A stretch of 64,000 nucleotides of DNA from Octopus bimaculoides. Taxonomy: Eukaryota. Positions 51,662 to 63,993 of the stretch are shown piece by piece. The DNA lies in NCBI RefSeq assembly GCF_001194135.2, contig NC_068992.1, positions 49,633,467 to 49,697,466 of the forward strand, in the 5' to 3' direction. Made by a program: the position numbers and the translations under genes. Under the pieces are notes generated by a model. It saw nothing but the letters and a program-made list of their open reading frames with translations, did not search any database and was not told the origin of the DNA. The first letter of the stretch is position 1, and each line of letters opens with the position of its first letter.

Positions 51662-53749
51662 GGGATTTTGTCCTGAGCTATATTTAATGTGGCTCCCCTT
51701 TGCTCTCTGTCACCTTTTCCCAAAGCAGCTCTAAGGTAGTTTCTTAGGAAAATGGCTATAATCCACCCCCCTCTTTTTCTCTGTCCCTTCAAGATAAAAA
51801 AAAATACTGTCCTTTTTTTTTCTTCTTCTACGTGAATCTGTAAATGTTATTTTGTTTTAAGTTTTCAATGTACAAACCTTTTCTTTTTCTTTTTCAAGTA
51901 ACATAATGCCCTGTAAATTAACTGGTACTATCTCCTCTGTACAGTGGTTTAGCACTGTTAAATAACCTAATTGTCGTCAGACAGCCTAACTCATGCCATT
52001 TATGTACATAAAAAAAACATCTTCAAACTTTTTAATCTGACCAGATGATCATCAGTTGAATAAAGTAAGTTCTCTTTGCAAAAATACGACTGAACCTTCC
52101 TAACCAGAAATTTTTTAATTTCTTTCCTTCCTAAATATTTCTTCTTGTCTCCTTTAAAATAATAATAATAAAAAAAAAAAGGTGTGCAGATGAAACTATT
52201 TGCTGTTTTTCCTGTCTTCATTCTCAGACACCCAGTTTTGAATGCTTTTTTTTTTATCTTGACTTGTGTAATTCTTTACAATTGCATGGAATCTTGATAA
52301 AAGAACGTTGCTGTTTTACAATATCATAAGCAGCAATGTGCAAAAAAAAGAACAAAAAAAAAACTGACAATGAAAATTAAGATTGGAAATGGAGTGTATG
52401 TGTGTACATCTATGTATGCATGTGTGTGTGTGTGTGTGTGTGTCATCTCCGATACAGGGTAACTGTAAAGTCTGGATACACAGGTGAAAATGCATATTTT
52501 CAATAATTTTATTCAACTACATTAATGAGTAACATTTTTAATATGGTTTCTTTCCACCATTAGTAATGCAAAGTTTGATGCAATTTGCAAGATTCATTTG
52601 GAACTTGAAGCAGTAACTTCACATTTCTTTCAATTTGTGCACATTCATGATGCATTCATTCAGACAATTCAGACCTTACAGTCACCTTGTACAACAGCTA
52701 GTTTTAAGCCACCTACAGATTTGTAGAAAGAATAGAAATACTATTATTTCTACAAGAAAATGGTTTGAGAAAGTTTCATTTTCAAATCTCTCATTCATCA
52801 TGTTTGTAATATGTGAAAGATAATGCTTATATATAATGATTAGAATTTGTGGATGTACCTGGCTTTTAAACATTTTGTAATAGTTCATTGAAGTAAAAGG
52901 TTCATCTGGAGTAATATTTTTTATATTGGACGTATTATTTTAGCTATGTAGCTCCTCTGCAGAAAGAAACCTGTTTTGTCCCTTTCTGTCATACTTTAAC
53001 CCCACATTTAGCATAATGTCACTCCCTTTTCTACTGTAGCCTCACTGCATAGCAATCTCACTTGTGTTGGGCTGTGAACAAAATCACCCAGTACATGTAG
53101 TAAAGTGGTTGGCATTAGGAAGTACACCCATTTGTAAAGATCATGCAAAACAGATGGTGCATCATGCAGTCCTTGGACTTGTTAAATCCTCTCACTCTAT
53201 CTAACACATGCCCACATGGAACATCATCATCATCGTTTAACGTCTGCTTTCCATGCTAGCATGGGTTGGACAATTTGACTGATTGACTGAGGACTGTTGA
53301 ACCAGATGGCTACACCAGACTCCAATCTGATTTGGCAGAGTTTCTACAGCTGGATGCCCTTCCTAACGCCAAATGGATATTATAAATGATATTTTCTTAG
53401 AGGCTCATCCTCAGCTTGTTCCTTATTTCTGTCTCTCTATGAAGGAAGGTTTCTGCAACTTCAACCAGACTCTAGAGTTGAATTGTTTTTTTTTTCACTT
53501 TATTTAATACATATTGTTATTGGACTGTTGTAAGTCTAAGAAGGAAGATACAACCACACTGACATAGTCTTGCTTTTGTCTGACACATGTATATAGGAAT
53601 GAGAACTATTTACAGTAGTTTTAGTATTGTGGACCTGCTTGGCAATATATATGTGAGTTCTGTTTCAAATGTCTGTCAGTAATGAACAACTATTAATAAT
53701 AACAAGAAATGGTAATGTTTGGTTGTACAGATAGAGTTCTTTGAGATTT

Positions 53750-53950
53750 GGTCACTCAGTGCTGAAATGCTTGTTACACCAGTTCTTACATGACTTGGCT
53801 ACAAAAATATTGTTAGACTCTGTTGGGAATTTGGGGATTCTAGTGTTAATACATCTGTTAGAGAATTGTCCATTAGCTTTAGTATAACCCAGAAACAAGC
53901 AGTCACATATCTGGCATTGTAATAGAATTTTTACTGTATAGAAATGACGC
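53750..53950 (-). mobile_element. Penelope-like GIY-YIG endonuclease remnant
   Basis: ILLQCQICDCLFLGYTKANGQFSNRCINTRIPK resembles the Y...C..C...YIG.T.R.L..R..EH pattern. Confidence 0.5.
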
Positions 53951-54179
53951 ATCAGAGCTTTGCATAAGGTTTTTAGACAGACTGTGTTTACAGTGGCATT
54001 TTTATATTGCTGCTTTAGTCCTTAAGCCAGACATTTTGATAATAGTCTATATAATAGACTGACTATGGTTGACCTATCAAACTCATTATATAAAAATTTC
54101 ATCTTAGAAAGATAAACATGTCTGTTGTGGATAATCAATTTTTAATGTTTTCCAGAGTTGGCATGGGCTTAAAACACCT

Positions 54180-54640
54180 GTTGTGTCTCACCTAACCACT
54201 TCTCAAGTCCTTTTTCCGAACATCATCTTCCATTGTTGCTGTCTAACAGCATGTTACATTTTTACATCCAACAGCTATCGTCCACTCTCTTCACATATTC
54301 ATACCAGTTTGTCTTCATTTGCAACCATTCTCTCACCTTAATCATGCATGACAGCATTGTTGTAGACATATGATTTAACACCACTTCTTGGCTCTTGGAT
54401 GTCAATATCTTTACTGCACTGCATCATATTAAACATGCCATTTGTTGTTTTCTTCCTTTGTGCTTTATCAGTTTCAGAGCTCCTACGATAATTTTCACTG
54501 CTGCCCTTCTTACACTAAGTCATAAAAAAAAAAATGCAAAATGACATCCAATAGATCACAATTGCTTGATTTCTGTCCAGCCTCTGCTGTAAATCTCCTA
54601 CATTCAATGTCTGTGCCTATGATCCAATACCATGATTCTT
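54180..54640 (-). mobile_element. RTE LINE RT C-terminal remnant
   Basis: Decayed coding sequence resembling HGSET..RRL..W.GHV.RM..GRGRP.KTW; multiple stops. Confidence 0.55.
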
Positions 54641-54876
54641 ATGCTAACTTCATACTGTCTGTGTTTCACATGGAAAAAAAAAACAAAAAAACCCAGGAAT
54701 TCTTTGTTGTTACATGAGCAACAACTTTGAAAATCTTCCAGCCCCCTATTTAACTACATTGTGGTTAACACCCTCTCTAGTATGAATTATATCATTTAAT
54801 GAACCATTTTACTTGGTCCTCTTATTGATAATGACTTTCTTGTGTATCTATCTCATCTGACGTCTTCTTACATTAA

Positions 54877-55094
54877 CCCTTTAACATTTAAACTGGGCAT
54901 ATCCAGCCAAAATATTTTATGTTTTATGTTCATATCTGCTAGATTTGACCTCTCACACCTGCTCTACAATGTTATTCTAAAAATAATCAATTGCATCATC
55001 AAAATCTCAGAACAACAAGGTAATGTATGATTAATACAAAACAATGTGAATAAATAAGTATTATATTTCACTGAGAAATCAGAATGCTTAAAGG
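54877..55094. mobile_element. piggyBac-like MITE, same family as 1458-1664
   Basis: TTAA|CCCTTTAAC ... TTAAAGG|TTAA; the body is the reverse complement of the 1458 copy. Confidence 0.72.
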
Positions 55095-55724
55095 TTAAAC
55101 AGGTTTACTATTTTACTGGGATTTGTACTTTATTATTAACTTTACTCTTTGCCATGGCAATTATCTTTTAGGCCTTCTTCAGAAGGAAGGTTGCCTTAGC
55201 ATCAGAGCAAACAAGTTCAAACAAACTGAATAGAACAAAGAGTTAAGTAAAGGTTAGAGTTAGCTTGAGTTAGTTAATTGCTAGGTCAAACAACCAGTCA
55301 ATTTGCTTTGCCAGTAACTGACCATTGCCTCATTTTCACTGATGGACAAAAGAAAAGTTGACTTTAATAGGCTCTTAGCAATCGATTTCTTTTATTGACA
55401 TCTTATTCTACCATTATTCTTCCATATAGATGGAACTATTGACTCAGTCTAAATGTAACATGTTGGGAGATAACCATGTTAGTGACTGTCAATACAGATT
55501 GAAGTAGAATGAGAGGCGAGAAACTTTATTGCTGGTTCATCCTAAATGTACTTTGTGAAGAAGTTTTGTCCAGGTCAACCCTGATACATTATATAATGTG
55601 TCCTTCCATTTTTTTAAGATAAGGACTGAAATTTATTGGCTATTTCTAGTAGATCAAGCACCCATTTGTTCCCTCAACAGTTCCTGGTGAGGTAGTTATT
55701 GTTGGTAGCTCTGTCAATATATAC

Positions 55725-55963
55725 CAGTGGTTCTCAACCAGGGTCCATATAGCCCCAAGATTTTGCTGTTAAGATTTATGTGCAATAAACTGGCTGTACT
55801 TCTGCAATACACAAAATATTAAAAATAATTTTTTATACAATTCAAATAATATTTAAGTACAAAAATATAATGAGACTTTTTAAAACATTGAATGTTTATT
55901 AGGATCCAATAGAGTGAAATAGGAATGAAAGGAGTCCACAGGTAAAAAATGGTTGGGGAATAC
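55725..55963. mobile_element. Decayed hAT MITE
   Basis: Left end CAGTGGTTCTCAACC; the right end is degenerate (AAAAATGGTTGGGGAATACTT). Confidence 0.5.
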
Positions 55964-55999
55964 TTATACTAAATAGAGATTTGAGAAACTTATTTGTTT

Positions 56000-56330
56000 A
56001 CAAGTACCCTGTAGAGGGGTAATTCTGATGATATATATGTCAACAAGTGCTACGTAGAAAGGATAAATATGTTATAAAATAACTCAAAACATTGCTTTCA
56101 AGATCTGTTCTGGTGAAAAATCCTCTGGAGGTGTTCATCTTAACCTTGCTGGCTAATGAGTCATTGATTTTTCTGCAGGTGTTGCTGTGTACAATGGTGA
56201 ATTAATTATATTGTCTTGCAGTATGTGGGGTAGTTGAGAGCCAAGTGGGCTATCCATTGTTACAGTGTAGCGTTGGTGAGAGTATATAAACTTGTCTCTT
56301 TGACTAATCATCTACCTCTGTATCAGAGTG
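56000..56330 (-). mobile_element. Penelope-like reverse transcriptase remnant
   Basis: KFIYSHQRYTVTMDSPLGSQLPHI resembles the PLE motif YKQ..GVAMGSPLGP.LANI; LSFL and YPSTGYL follow downstream. Confidence 0.45.
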
Positions 56331-56572
56331 TCTGACACACATATAGTGGTAATTGTGGTAATTAAAATAACAATAGACATTACATGAGACACTCAATTGT
56401 TGTTCAGTTATCTGACTATAAATCTTGGTTTCTATGAACTACTGTGAATCACAGTGGCTTCATTTATGTTAATTTATGTAAATTTGAATATTTAGGATTG
56501 TTGAAGGAAATGGCTATTTTTTTTCCACGGATGAGTTTTAGTAATGACTGTTTGATAGTGACGTCAGAATGC

Positions 56573-56766
56573 GTCAATTAGCAGAAGCAGTAAAAATATG
56601 TGCCTACTCTAGATTATCTCAAGATAAGGACTTAGACCAGATAATTAGCACATAAATACAACAGCTCCAGTCAATTAACTGAAACAGTAGAGCTATATGC
56701 CTTCTATAGATTATCTCAAGTTAAGAACTTAGACCAGGTGGTTAACAAATAAATATTACAGCCCCT
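56573..56766. repeat. Diverged 97-bp tandem duplication
   Basis: Two units start GTCAATTA (56573, 56670) and share TAGATTATCTCAAG.TAAG.ACTTAGACCAG. Confidence 0.85.
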
Positions 56767-58048
56767 TAATTTCCTAACTATTGTACATTCCTTTGATTGG
56801 CAATTAAGGTTATTTCCTAATGTAATTAGGTGATGCAAAAATGTTTAAGCAAATCCTATAGTCACTTCACTATAAAAAGGTTTTCATCAATGGTGATGGA
56901 ATTCTGTGGCAACAGTTGAAAGCCACATACCACTATACCATTTCTGTGGCAATATTAGAATACCATAAGGCAAACCGTCTAACCCATGCCAGCATGGACA
57001 AAATGTTAAACAATGATGACGTAATAATTAAATTATATATTATGCACTTTATTTTGTTTTGCTATGTGCATGATTCCCGACCTGTGGTGCAAAAGGGGTT
57101 GGGGTACCAGTGCCATATAGAAACTTATTTAATGAAAGTATGAACTATACTTGTAAATGTTACGCAAACAATATACTATAAGAACAAGTGTTAAACTTGT
57201 TTGGTTTTGCAGCTTTGATTGAAATATAAACTAGATTTCGTGGTCTGTATAGGGACAATTTTTCACGCACACACACCATTAGTAATGAAGGCCAAAATAA
57301 ATGGATAAAAGTCTCAATATACATTATATAAACTTTGTTTAAAAACAAAGAAGGAAAATGTGAGGTGTTAGTGATGTTTATGTGCAGAAATGTATGGGAA
57401 ATATTTATGTGCTTCTAATGTAGCCCTATTGAATAAAAGTCCCTAGAGTAAGGACGGCGGTAGAAACTGTTCGTGTTATATTTAATGAAAGAGACCAGGA
57501 AAATAAAACAAAGCTAAGACGAGATTTGGTATCTTTTGAGTCCCTTAGAAAGTAAGGGAGATAACTCTCCCTTAATGTTTCGATATTGAACTTCAAAGTA
57601 GACTTGCTTTAGTGGTGATGAGAATAAGTGTGTGTGTGTCTGTATGTAGGGTGCTTAGAAAGCGGTAATAATTAGAGAATAATTTGCATTCAGAAACCGA
57701 AAGAAATTACGCAGAAAGGCGAAGGCGTGGCTGTGTGGTTAATAAGCTTGCTTCCCAACCATGTGGTCTTGGTTTCAGTCCAACTGCGTAAGTCCTAGGC
57801 TTACAAAGAATAAGTCTTGGGGTCGATTTGCTCGACTAAAGGCAGTGCTCCAGCACGGCCGCAGTCAAATGACTGAAACAAGTAAAAGAGAGATAAATTT
57901 AAAGATAGCAAATATATTATCAATTGATTGTTCCGATCTTAAAAGGTTAAAACAGTTGATGTTAGTGAGCATACATCGAAAAATATTTTCCTCTCAATCA
58001 AAGGGATCTATCTTCACAACAAACTAGCGAAANNNNNNNNNNAATAAT

Positions 58049-58336
58049 GTTGTTGGCACTCCATCGCTTATGCCGTCAAGGGTTCCAGTTGATCCGGGAT
58101 ATTCAGCGTTACACAATGTGACAAGGCTGACCGTTTGAATTACAGGCACAACAGAAACAGGAAGTAAGAGTGAGAAAAAGAGTACAGCAGGGTCCGCCAC
58201 CATCCCCTGCCGGAGCCTCGTGGAGCTTCGTGTGTTTTCGCTCAATAAACACTCACAACACCCGGTCTGGGAACCGAAACCGCGATGTTATGACCGTAAG
58301 TCCGCTGCCCTAACCACTGGGCCAATGCGCCTCCAC
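58049..58336 (-). mobile_element. SINE family D copy with internal deletions
   Basis: Homology to 5423-5805. Confidence 0.85.
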
Positions 58337-58570
58337 AATGTTGTAATAGACAAATAAGATATAGTGATAGTCAACTTACTTTTGATCAAAGGTTGACCGG
58401 ATACTAATAGAAAGATTAGTCTAAATAACAGTTTATATATTATCGGCAAGTATGGGAGACAACTACATGTATATTTTTCTTTCCATTTTTTTGTAGATTT
58501 TTGGATACTTGTTACTGTCGTTGTTGTTTAATCTTGAGTCAGCATTGATGAAACTGATTTACAATTAAAG

Positions 58571-58896
58571 CATAGGTTCTTAAAGTGGGCGCTACCGCAC
58601 CGCGGTAGGCGTTGAGACGGTCTAGGTGGGCGCTGATGCCTGTGGAGGTGGGGCGGTAGAGAAAACAGAGACGTTGGGAGGAAAGCGATGGATTGGGGGA
58701 ACGCTATGAATTTATTATATCATTATAGTATTGCATACAAATTATATAATATTATATTAAATATCAAATGATTCATAGTATATATAACTTAGCAAAATAT
58801 AAATTGTTTATTTATACATAAAAAATAGGGGTGGGGCGCTGAGGGTATTATGTGGCCATGAGGGGGGCGGTGGCCCAAATTGTTTGGGAACCTCTG
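58571..58896. mobile_element. hAT MITE
   Basis: Ends CATAGGTTCTTAAA / TTTGGGAACCTCTG; flanks AATTAAAG/GATTAGAG (6/8 match). Confidence 0.7.
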
Positions 58897-59018
58897 GATT
58901 AGAGGGATTCCAGCTCTGACTATCTCTCTTAATTCCAGGTTGTGGTTTTTAGGCGTAAGAGAATATATTCTCTTTGTGCTTGGTGTAAAAAAAAAAAAAA
59001 AAGGACCTGAAAGTAAGA

Positions 59019-59273
59019 CATAGTCAAGTGAGACAACTCACATAGGTCACTCTACCTCCATCAGTGTAAACTTTTACTCCTATTTTCAGAGAAATATCGC
59101 AGCGATCCACCGTCAATGTTTTCAGATGATCAATGTCACAGCAGTGATAAGTCACAGCATTGATAAATCACAACATTGATAAATCACAGCATTGATAAAT
59201 CACAACAATGACCAAACATCGATGTCTGTCGCTCCGAAAAAGGGACCAATGTGAGTTGTCTCGCTTGACTGTG
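59019..59273. mobile_element. MITE with 30-bp TIRs and an internal 16-bp tandem array
   Basis: CATAGTCAAGTGAGACAACTCACATAGGTC vs the reverse complement of GACCAATGTGAGTTGTCTCGCTTGACTGTG (27/30); superfamily unresolved. Confidence 0.75.
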
Positions 59274-59534
59274 ACACATTCAGACGATTTTTTTTGATTT
59301 TTTTTACCCCAATCGCAAAGTGAATACATTTTCTTACGCAGAAAAAACCGCAGCCGAACCACAAACTAACCACGCACATACCTTGTGTGTGTGTGTTCGA
59401 TCTCGTTTATATACCTCGAACTTCTTGTAATTCATATTTGCGTTAGTGCTATAATTGGTCATCCGTTAGGTTCCAAGTTCACAGCTGTAGTTGGAGCTAG
59501 GGATCCGTAGTAGGCTTATATATATATATATATA

Positions 59535-59919
59535 TCTTTTATCTTCATTTTACTTGTTTCATTTTACTTGTTATTAGACTGCGGCCATGCTGGTGTACCA
59601 CCTTGAAAAATTTTTAGTCAAATGTATTGACCTCAGTACATATTTCTTTAAAGCCTGGTACTTATATCGGTCTCTTCTGCCGAATCACCAAATTACGAGG
59701 ACATAAACATACCTACACTAGTTGTCAAACGGTGGTGGGGGAAACACACTCACACACATACACATGTACGACGAGATTCTTTTCAGTTTCCATCTACCAA
59801 ATCCACTCAAGGCTTTTGTCAGCCTGAGGCTGTTGTCGACACTTGCCCAAGGTGCCACGCAGTAGAACTGAACCTAGAACCATGTGGTTGAGAAGCAAGC
59901 TTCTTACCACACAGCCATT
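59535..59919 (-). mobile_element. SINE family A copy, minus strand
   Basis: Reverse complement of 4261-4669. Confidence 0.8.
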
Positions 59920-60853
59920 CTGAGAGAGAGCTACATTATATAATATTACATGAGGTGTTCGTTTTGGTATGTTGAATCTTTTGTTTATTTTTATGTATTT
60001 TGACCATACTATACTGATGAGCAGCAGTTACATATATTGTTGTAATAACTGTGAAATCGATTCGATATATAGTTCAATCTGTTTTTAAGAGGCTAATATT
60101 GAGAGTTGCATTTCCTCGCGTTCGGTAAAAATGTGTTTATTATGGTAGTTTAGCGTGAGGCATTCTTGAATAGCAATGCTCTTATATAAATATAAATAAA
60201 TATATTCTAGGGAATAAATGATGGATTTTTTCCCTTATGAGGTTTTTTCACGCTTGTTACTTGATAAGTTCTTGTAAAAGATCTTATTCTGTTATTGAAT
60301 TAATTAAATATACAACCGGAATATATTCAGTGCTGAATTTTATTCCAGAAAAAAAAAACACGTATACCGAGATGCAATTAAAAAAAGCCCGCCTTTATAT
60401 AGATATATAGAGATAAACAATATACATACATACATACAGACAGACAGGCATATACATTTACATACATATACATATTCTTTTCTGCTCTAGGCACAAGGTG
60501 CGAAATTTTGGGGGAGGGGGCCAGTCGATTAGATCGACCCCAGTACGCAACTAGGGCTTAATTTATCGACTCCCGGGAGGATGAAAGGCAAAGTCGACCT
60601 CGGCGGAATTTAAACATATACATATTGGTTTGACCAATGGCCTATACTATCCATCCCAACATGTGCACATAGAAATATCAAAGCAAGTCTAGCCTCACCT
60701 CGCACTCCTCCCTCTCTTTTATCATTACCATTCTCTTCTCTCTTTTCATCACCTTCTTATCTCCTTGCCAAATACACACAGAACCGCTCACATACCTCAA
60801 TGAACCGTTTGACGGGTGAAAATAGATAAATATCCTTCAGTTACACATTCGTT

Positions 60854-61510
60854 GGATCTATTTCAAAACGGGGGCACCAGTATTTTCTTAACGAAACACT
60901 AACGAAACACTTTGAAACTTGGGACACTGGTAGAATGTGTCATATAAAACATATTTTACTCTTAGTCTTCTTAACAAAAAAAAACGTACATCGCAAGTTA
61001 TTCCATGTTAAAGTTGTCGTATTTCTGTAATTTCAACCAATCACTGACGTCTATTCAGCTGAATGGAGTTACTGCTGGGCGGTCATAAAAATGTTATTCC
61101 CTGTGACATATTTCATCCGGTTTAATCGTAATTTATACGCATATATTGTTTATATAATAAATTACGCTGTGCGTATCTATGTGTGTAACAATTTTAGAGT
61201 TCGGATTCTAGAGTTAGGGTTAGTTTTAGGGTTAGGGTTAGGGTTAGGGTTAACAGTCTAGTTAGGGTTAGGGGATTAATACGATATACACCGTTACAGC
61301 GCTAACTGTTTTCAACTGAATAGACGTCAGTGATTAGTAGAAATTATCGAAATAAGACAATTTTTTACATGAAATAAATTCGAATACAAAAATTTTTTTC
61401 TGTTCTATAACACAAAATAGATAAGTATACAAAGTTTGAAAGTCTTTCGGTACCAAAAACACTACATAAAACATAAATGAAAACTGGTGCCCCCGTTTTG
61501 AAATAGATCC
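60854..61510. mobile_element. Young Merlin-type MITE carrying (TTAGGG)n
   Basis: Perfect 28-bp TIR GGATCTATTTCAAAACGGGGGCACCAGT; perfect 8-bp TSD CATTCGTT; 5'-GG termini. Confidence 0.88.
61214..61274 (+). repeat. Interstitial telomere-type TTAGGG repeats
   Basis: Four consecutive TTAGGG units plus flanking partial units. Confidence 0.92.
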
Positions 61511-61658
61511 CATTCGTTACTTCCAACTTTATTGCCATATCGCCTGAAGAAATGAACGCATGAACGAAGACCCATATGATGTCCATGGATATTACGGATT
61601 GTACTGCAATCATGCCAGGAATACGGACTACGGTCACAAGAAACATGTGCTGTGTGGA

Positions 61659-61890
61659 AAGGCGGTGAGCCGGCAGGAACGTTAGCACGCCGGGCGAAAT
61701 ACTTAGCGGTATTTCGTCTGCCGTTACGTTCTGAGTTCAAATTCCGCCGAGGTCGACTTTGCCTTTCATCCTTTCGGGGTCGATTACATAAGTTCCAGTT
61801 ACGCACTGGGGTCGATGTAATCGACTTAATCCCTTTGTCTGTCCTTGTTTGTCCCTTCTGTGTTTAGCCCCTTGTGGGCAACAAAGAAAT
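61659..61890 (+). mobile_element. SINE family B, young full-length copy with a long TSD
   Basis: AAGGCGGTGAGC head; central GTCGACTTTGCCTTTCATCCTTTCGGGGTCGA motif; flanked by 23-bp direct repeats. More than 15 decayed copies elsewhere (1180, 4805, 8440-9200, 16960, 24330, 25556, 34230, 60480, 63780). Confidence 0.9.
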
Positions 61891-61958
61891 AAGAAACATG
61901 TGATGTGTGGAAATGCGCGTAGTGATGCATTAAAATATTTATAAATCCCATCCATGGG

Positions 61959-62005
<47 letters not shown>

Positions 62006-63409
62006 ATATATATTTCATCCTTTCGAGGTCGATGAAATAAGCATTGGGGTCAATGTAATCGACTACCCCCCCCCCCTAAATTTCAGGCCTTGTGCTATNN
62101 NNNNNNNNACTATATATATATTTCATCCTTTCGAGGTCGATGAAATAAGCATTGGGGTCAATGTAATCGACTACCCCCCCCCCCTAAATTTCAGGCCTTG
62201 TGCTATAATAGAATGGATTATTACTGTGTGTGTGTGTGTGTGTGCGTGTGTGTGCGCATGCGCAAGTACAAACATACAGACAGATATATATAGACGGGGG
62301 ATACTCAGAAAGACAACCAGATGATGTGATGTGTCAGATGGGCTTACAAATACAAACATGCAAAAAAAAAAAAAAGAAATAATAAAATAAAAGCAAAAAA
62401 AAGAAGACAATCCTCAACGTCTAACTTTTGTGATGTCATTAAAAACTGAACCAGAGTGACCTTTCATGTATAAATCTTAATATTAGTTCGTACTGACGGC
62501 ACAGTGAAACGGTTTCCTCTTTCCGTCTTGTTTGCTTTCAAGATTTCTATGGAAGTGTCAGGTAGAACAAGGAATCATTCTGCTAGGATCTTTGAAGGAA
62601 TAAGTGACTGGTGGATGGAAATGCGAAATGTCATAGGATGTTGTCAGATCTTTGAAGTGTGTGTGTGCGTAGGTGTGTGCGTGTGTGTGTGTGTGTGTGC
62701 CTAGGCGTGTGTGTGTGTGTATCTATGTATGTGTATATATGCATGTTTGTATGCATGTTTCTATGTTGTATGTATGTTTGTATGTTTGAGTGCCTGTTTG
62801 TATGCGCAGGCGCGCGCACACACACACACACACACATATGTATTAACATATATTATATGTGTATATATATATATGTATATATACATATGTGTGTGCATAT
62901 ATATATCTTTAAACACACACACACACACACATATATATGTACATATATATATATTTATATATATGTTTAAAGATATATATATCTTCAGGACTTGTGCCAG
63001 TGTTTGAAGTAATTATTTGAATATGTTCTACGCATCTCTAATACGCGTTTATATTGAAATTTCTGTTTTGAAATTATGTATGTATGTATGTATGTACGTT
63101 CGTTCGTTCGTATGCGTGTATATATCAATCAGACGAAAAATGACCCTCCAGGCTGACATAGCCTGCCTCCTGTGGATCACAATAATTGAAGAACATGGAT
63201 TTCGTCTTCTGGGAAAATTGCTGCTCTGATGAGTCTTACCCAGTTCAGTATGAAGACTTTTTTTACTGCCGAAGGATAGGTTCTAGCGAAATCAGTTCCA
63301 AGAATATCTAAACTAATAAATAGGAGTTTCCTTGCGTGTGTCTGAACGACTTCCTGTCACGTGGACACAGTCTCCAAGAATGGCACTTATAGAAGCGTGT
63401 ATATATATT

Positions 63410-63536
63410 CAGGGTGTCCACAAAGTCTGGGTACATGAGGATTAACACATACTTTAAGAAATTATTATTTCTTATATTTAATTGTTTATGTTATGATTTT
63501 ATTTACTCCATGTACCCAGACTTTGTGGACATCCTG
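63410..63536. mobile_element. Tc1/mariner-type MITE, 127 bp
   Basis: 28-bp TIR CAGGGTGTCCACAAAGTCTGGGTACATG (1 mismatch); TA on the right flank. Confidence 0.85.
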
Positions 63537-63779
63537 TATGTATATACTGAACCTACATATATAAATATATATATACAAACACACACACATACGCATATAT
63601 CTATATAATGTAGAAATACGCAGAAAGGCGCGACCCACTATCGAAGGTTTGCACAAGGTTTGCACAAGGTTTGCACAAAGGTAAGCGTTTCCATACGCCA
63701 CTCTTATATCCAGTGCCGTTAAGTGAAGACCATCATATCATAAGTTAACTTGAGGAATTCGAGTCACACGGTAATAATC

Positions 63780-63993
63780 CTGTCTACTGAAGGCACAAGG
63801 CCTGAAATTTCGGGGGAGGGGATTAGTCAATTATAACGACCCCAGTATTTCACTGGTACTTAATCTATTGACCCCGAAAGGATGAAAGGCAAAGTCGACC
63901 TCGGCGGAATTTGCAATCAGAACGTAAAAACGGACGAAATGCCGCTAAGCATTTCACCCGGCGTGCTAACGATTCTACCAGCTCGCAGCCTTA
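63780..63993 (-). mobile_element. SINE family B copy
   Basis: Reverse complement of the family B consensus seen at 61659. Confidence 0.85.

Noticed and set aside
59136-59210. Repeat array as a CRISPR
   Set aside because: It is a contiguous 16-bp tandem with no spacers, in eukaryotic DNA with no cas genes.
62000-62210. Tandem duplication of about 100 bp
   Set aside because: The identical copies are separated by an N run; assembly artefact.
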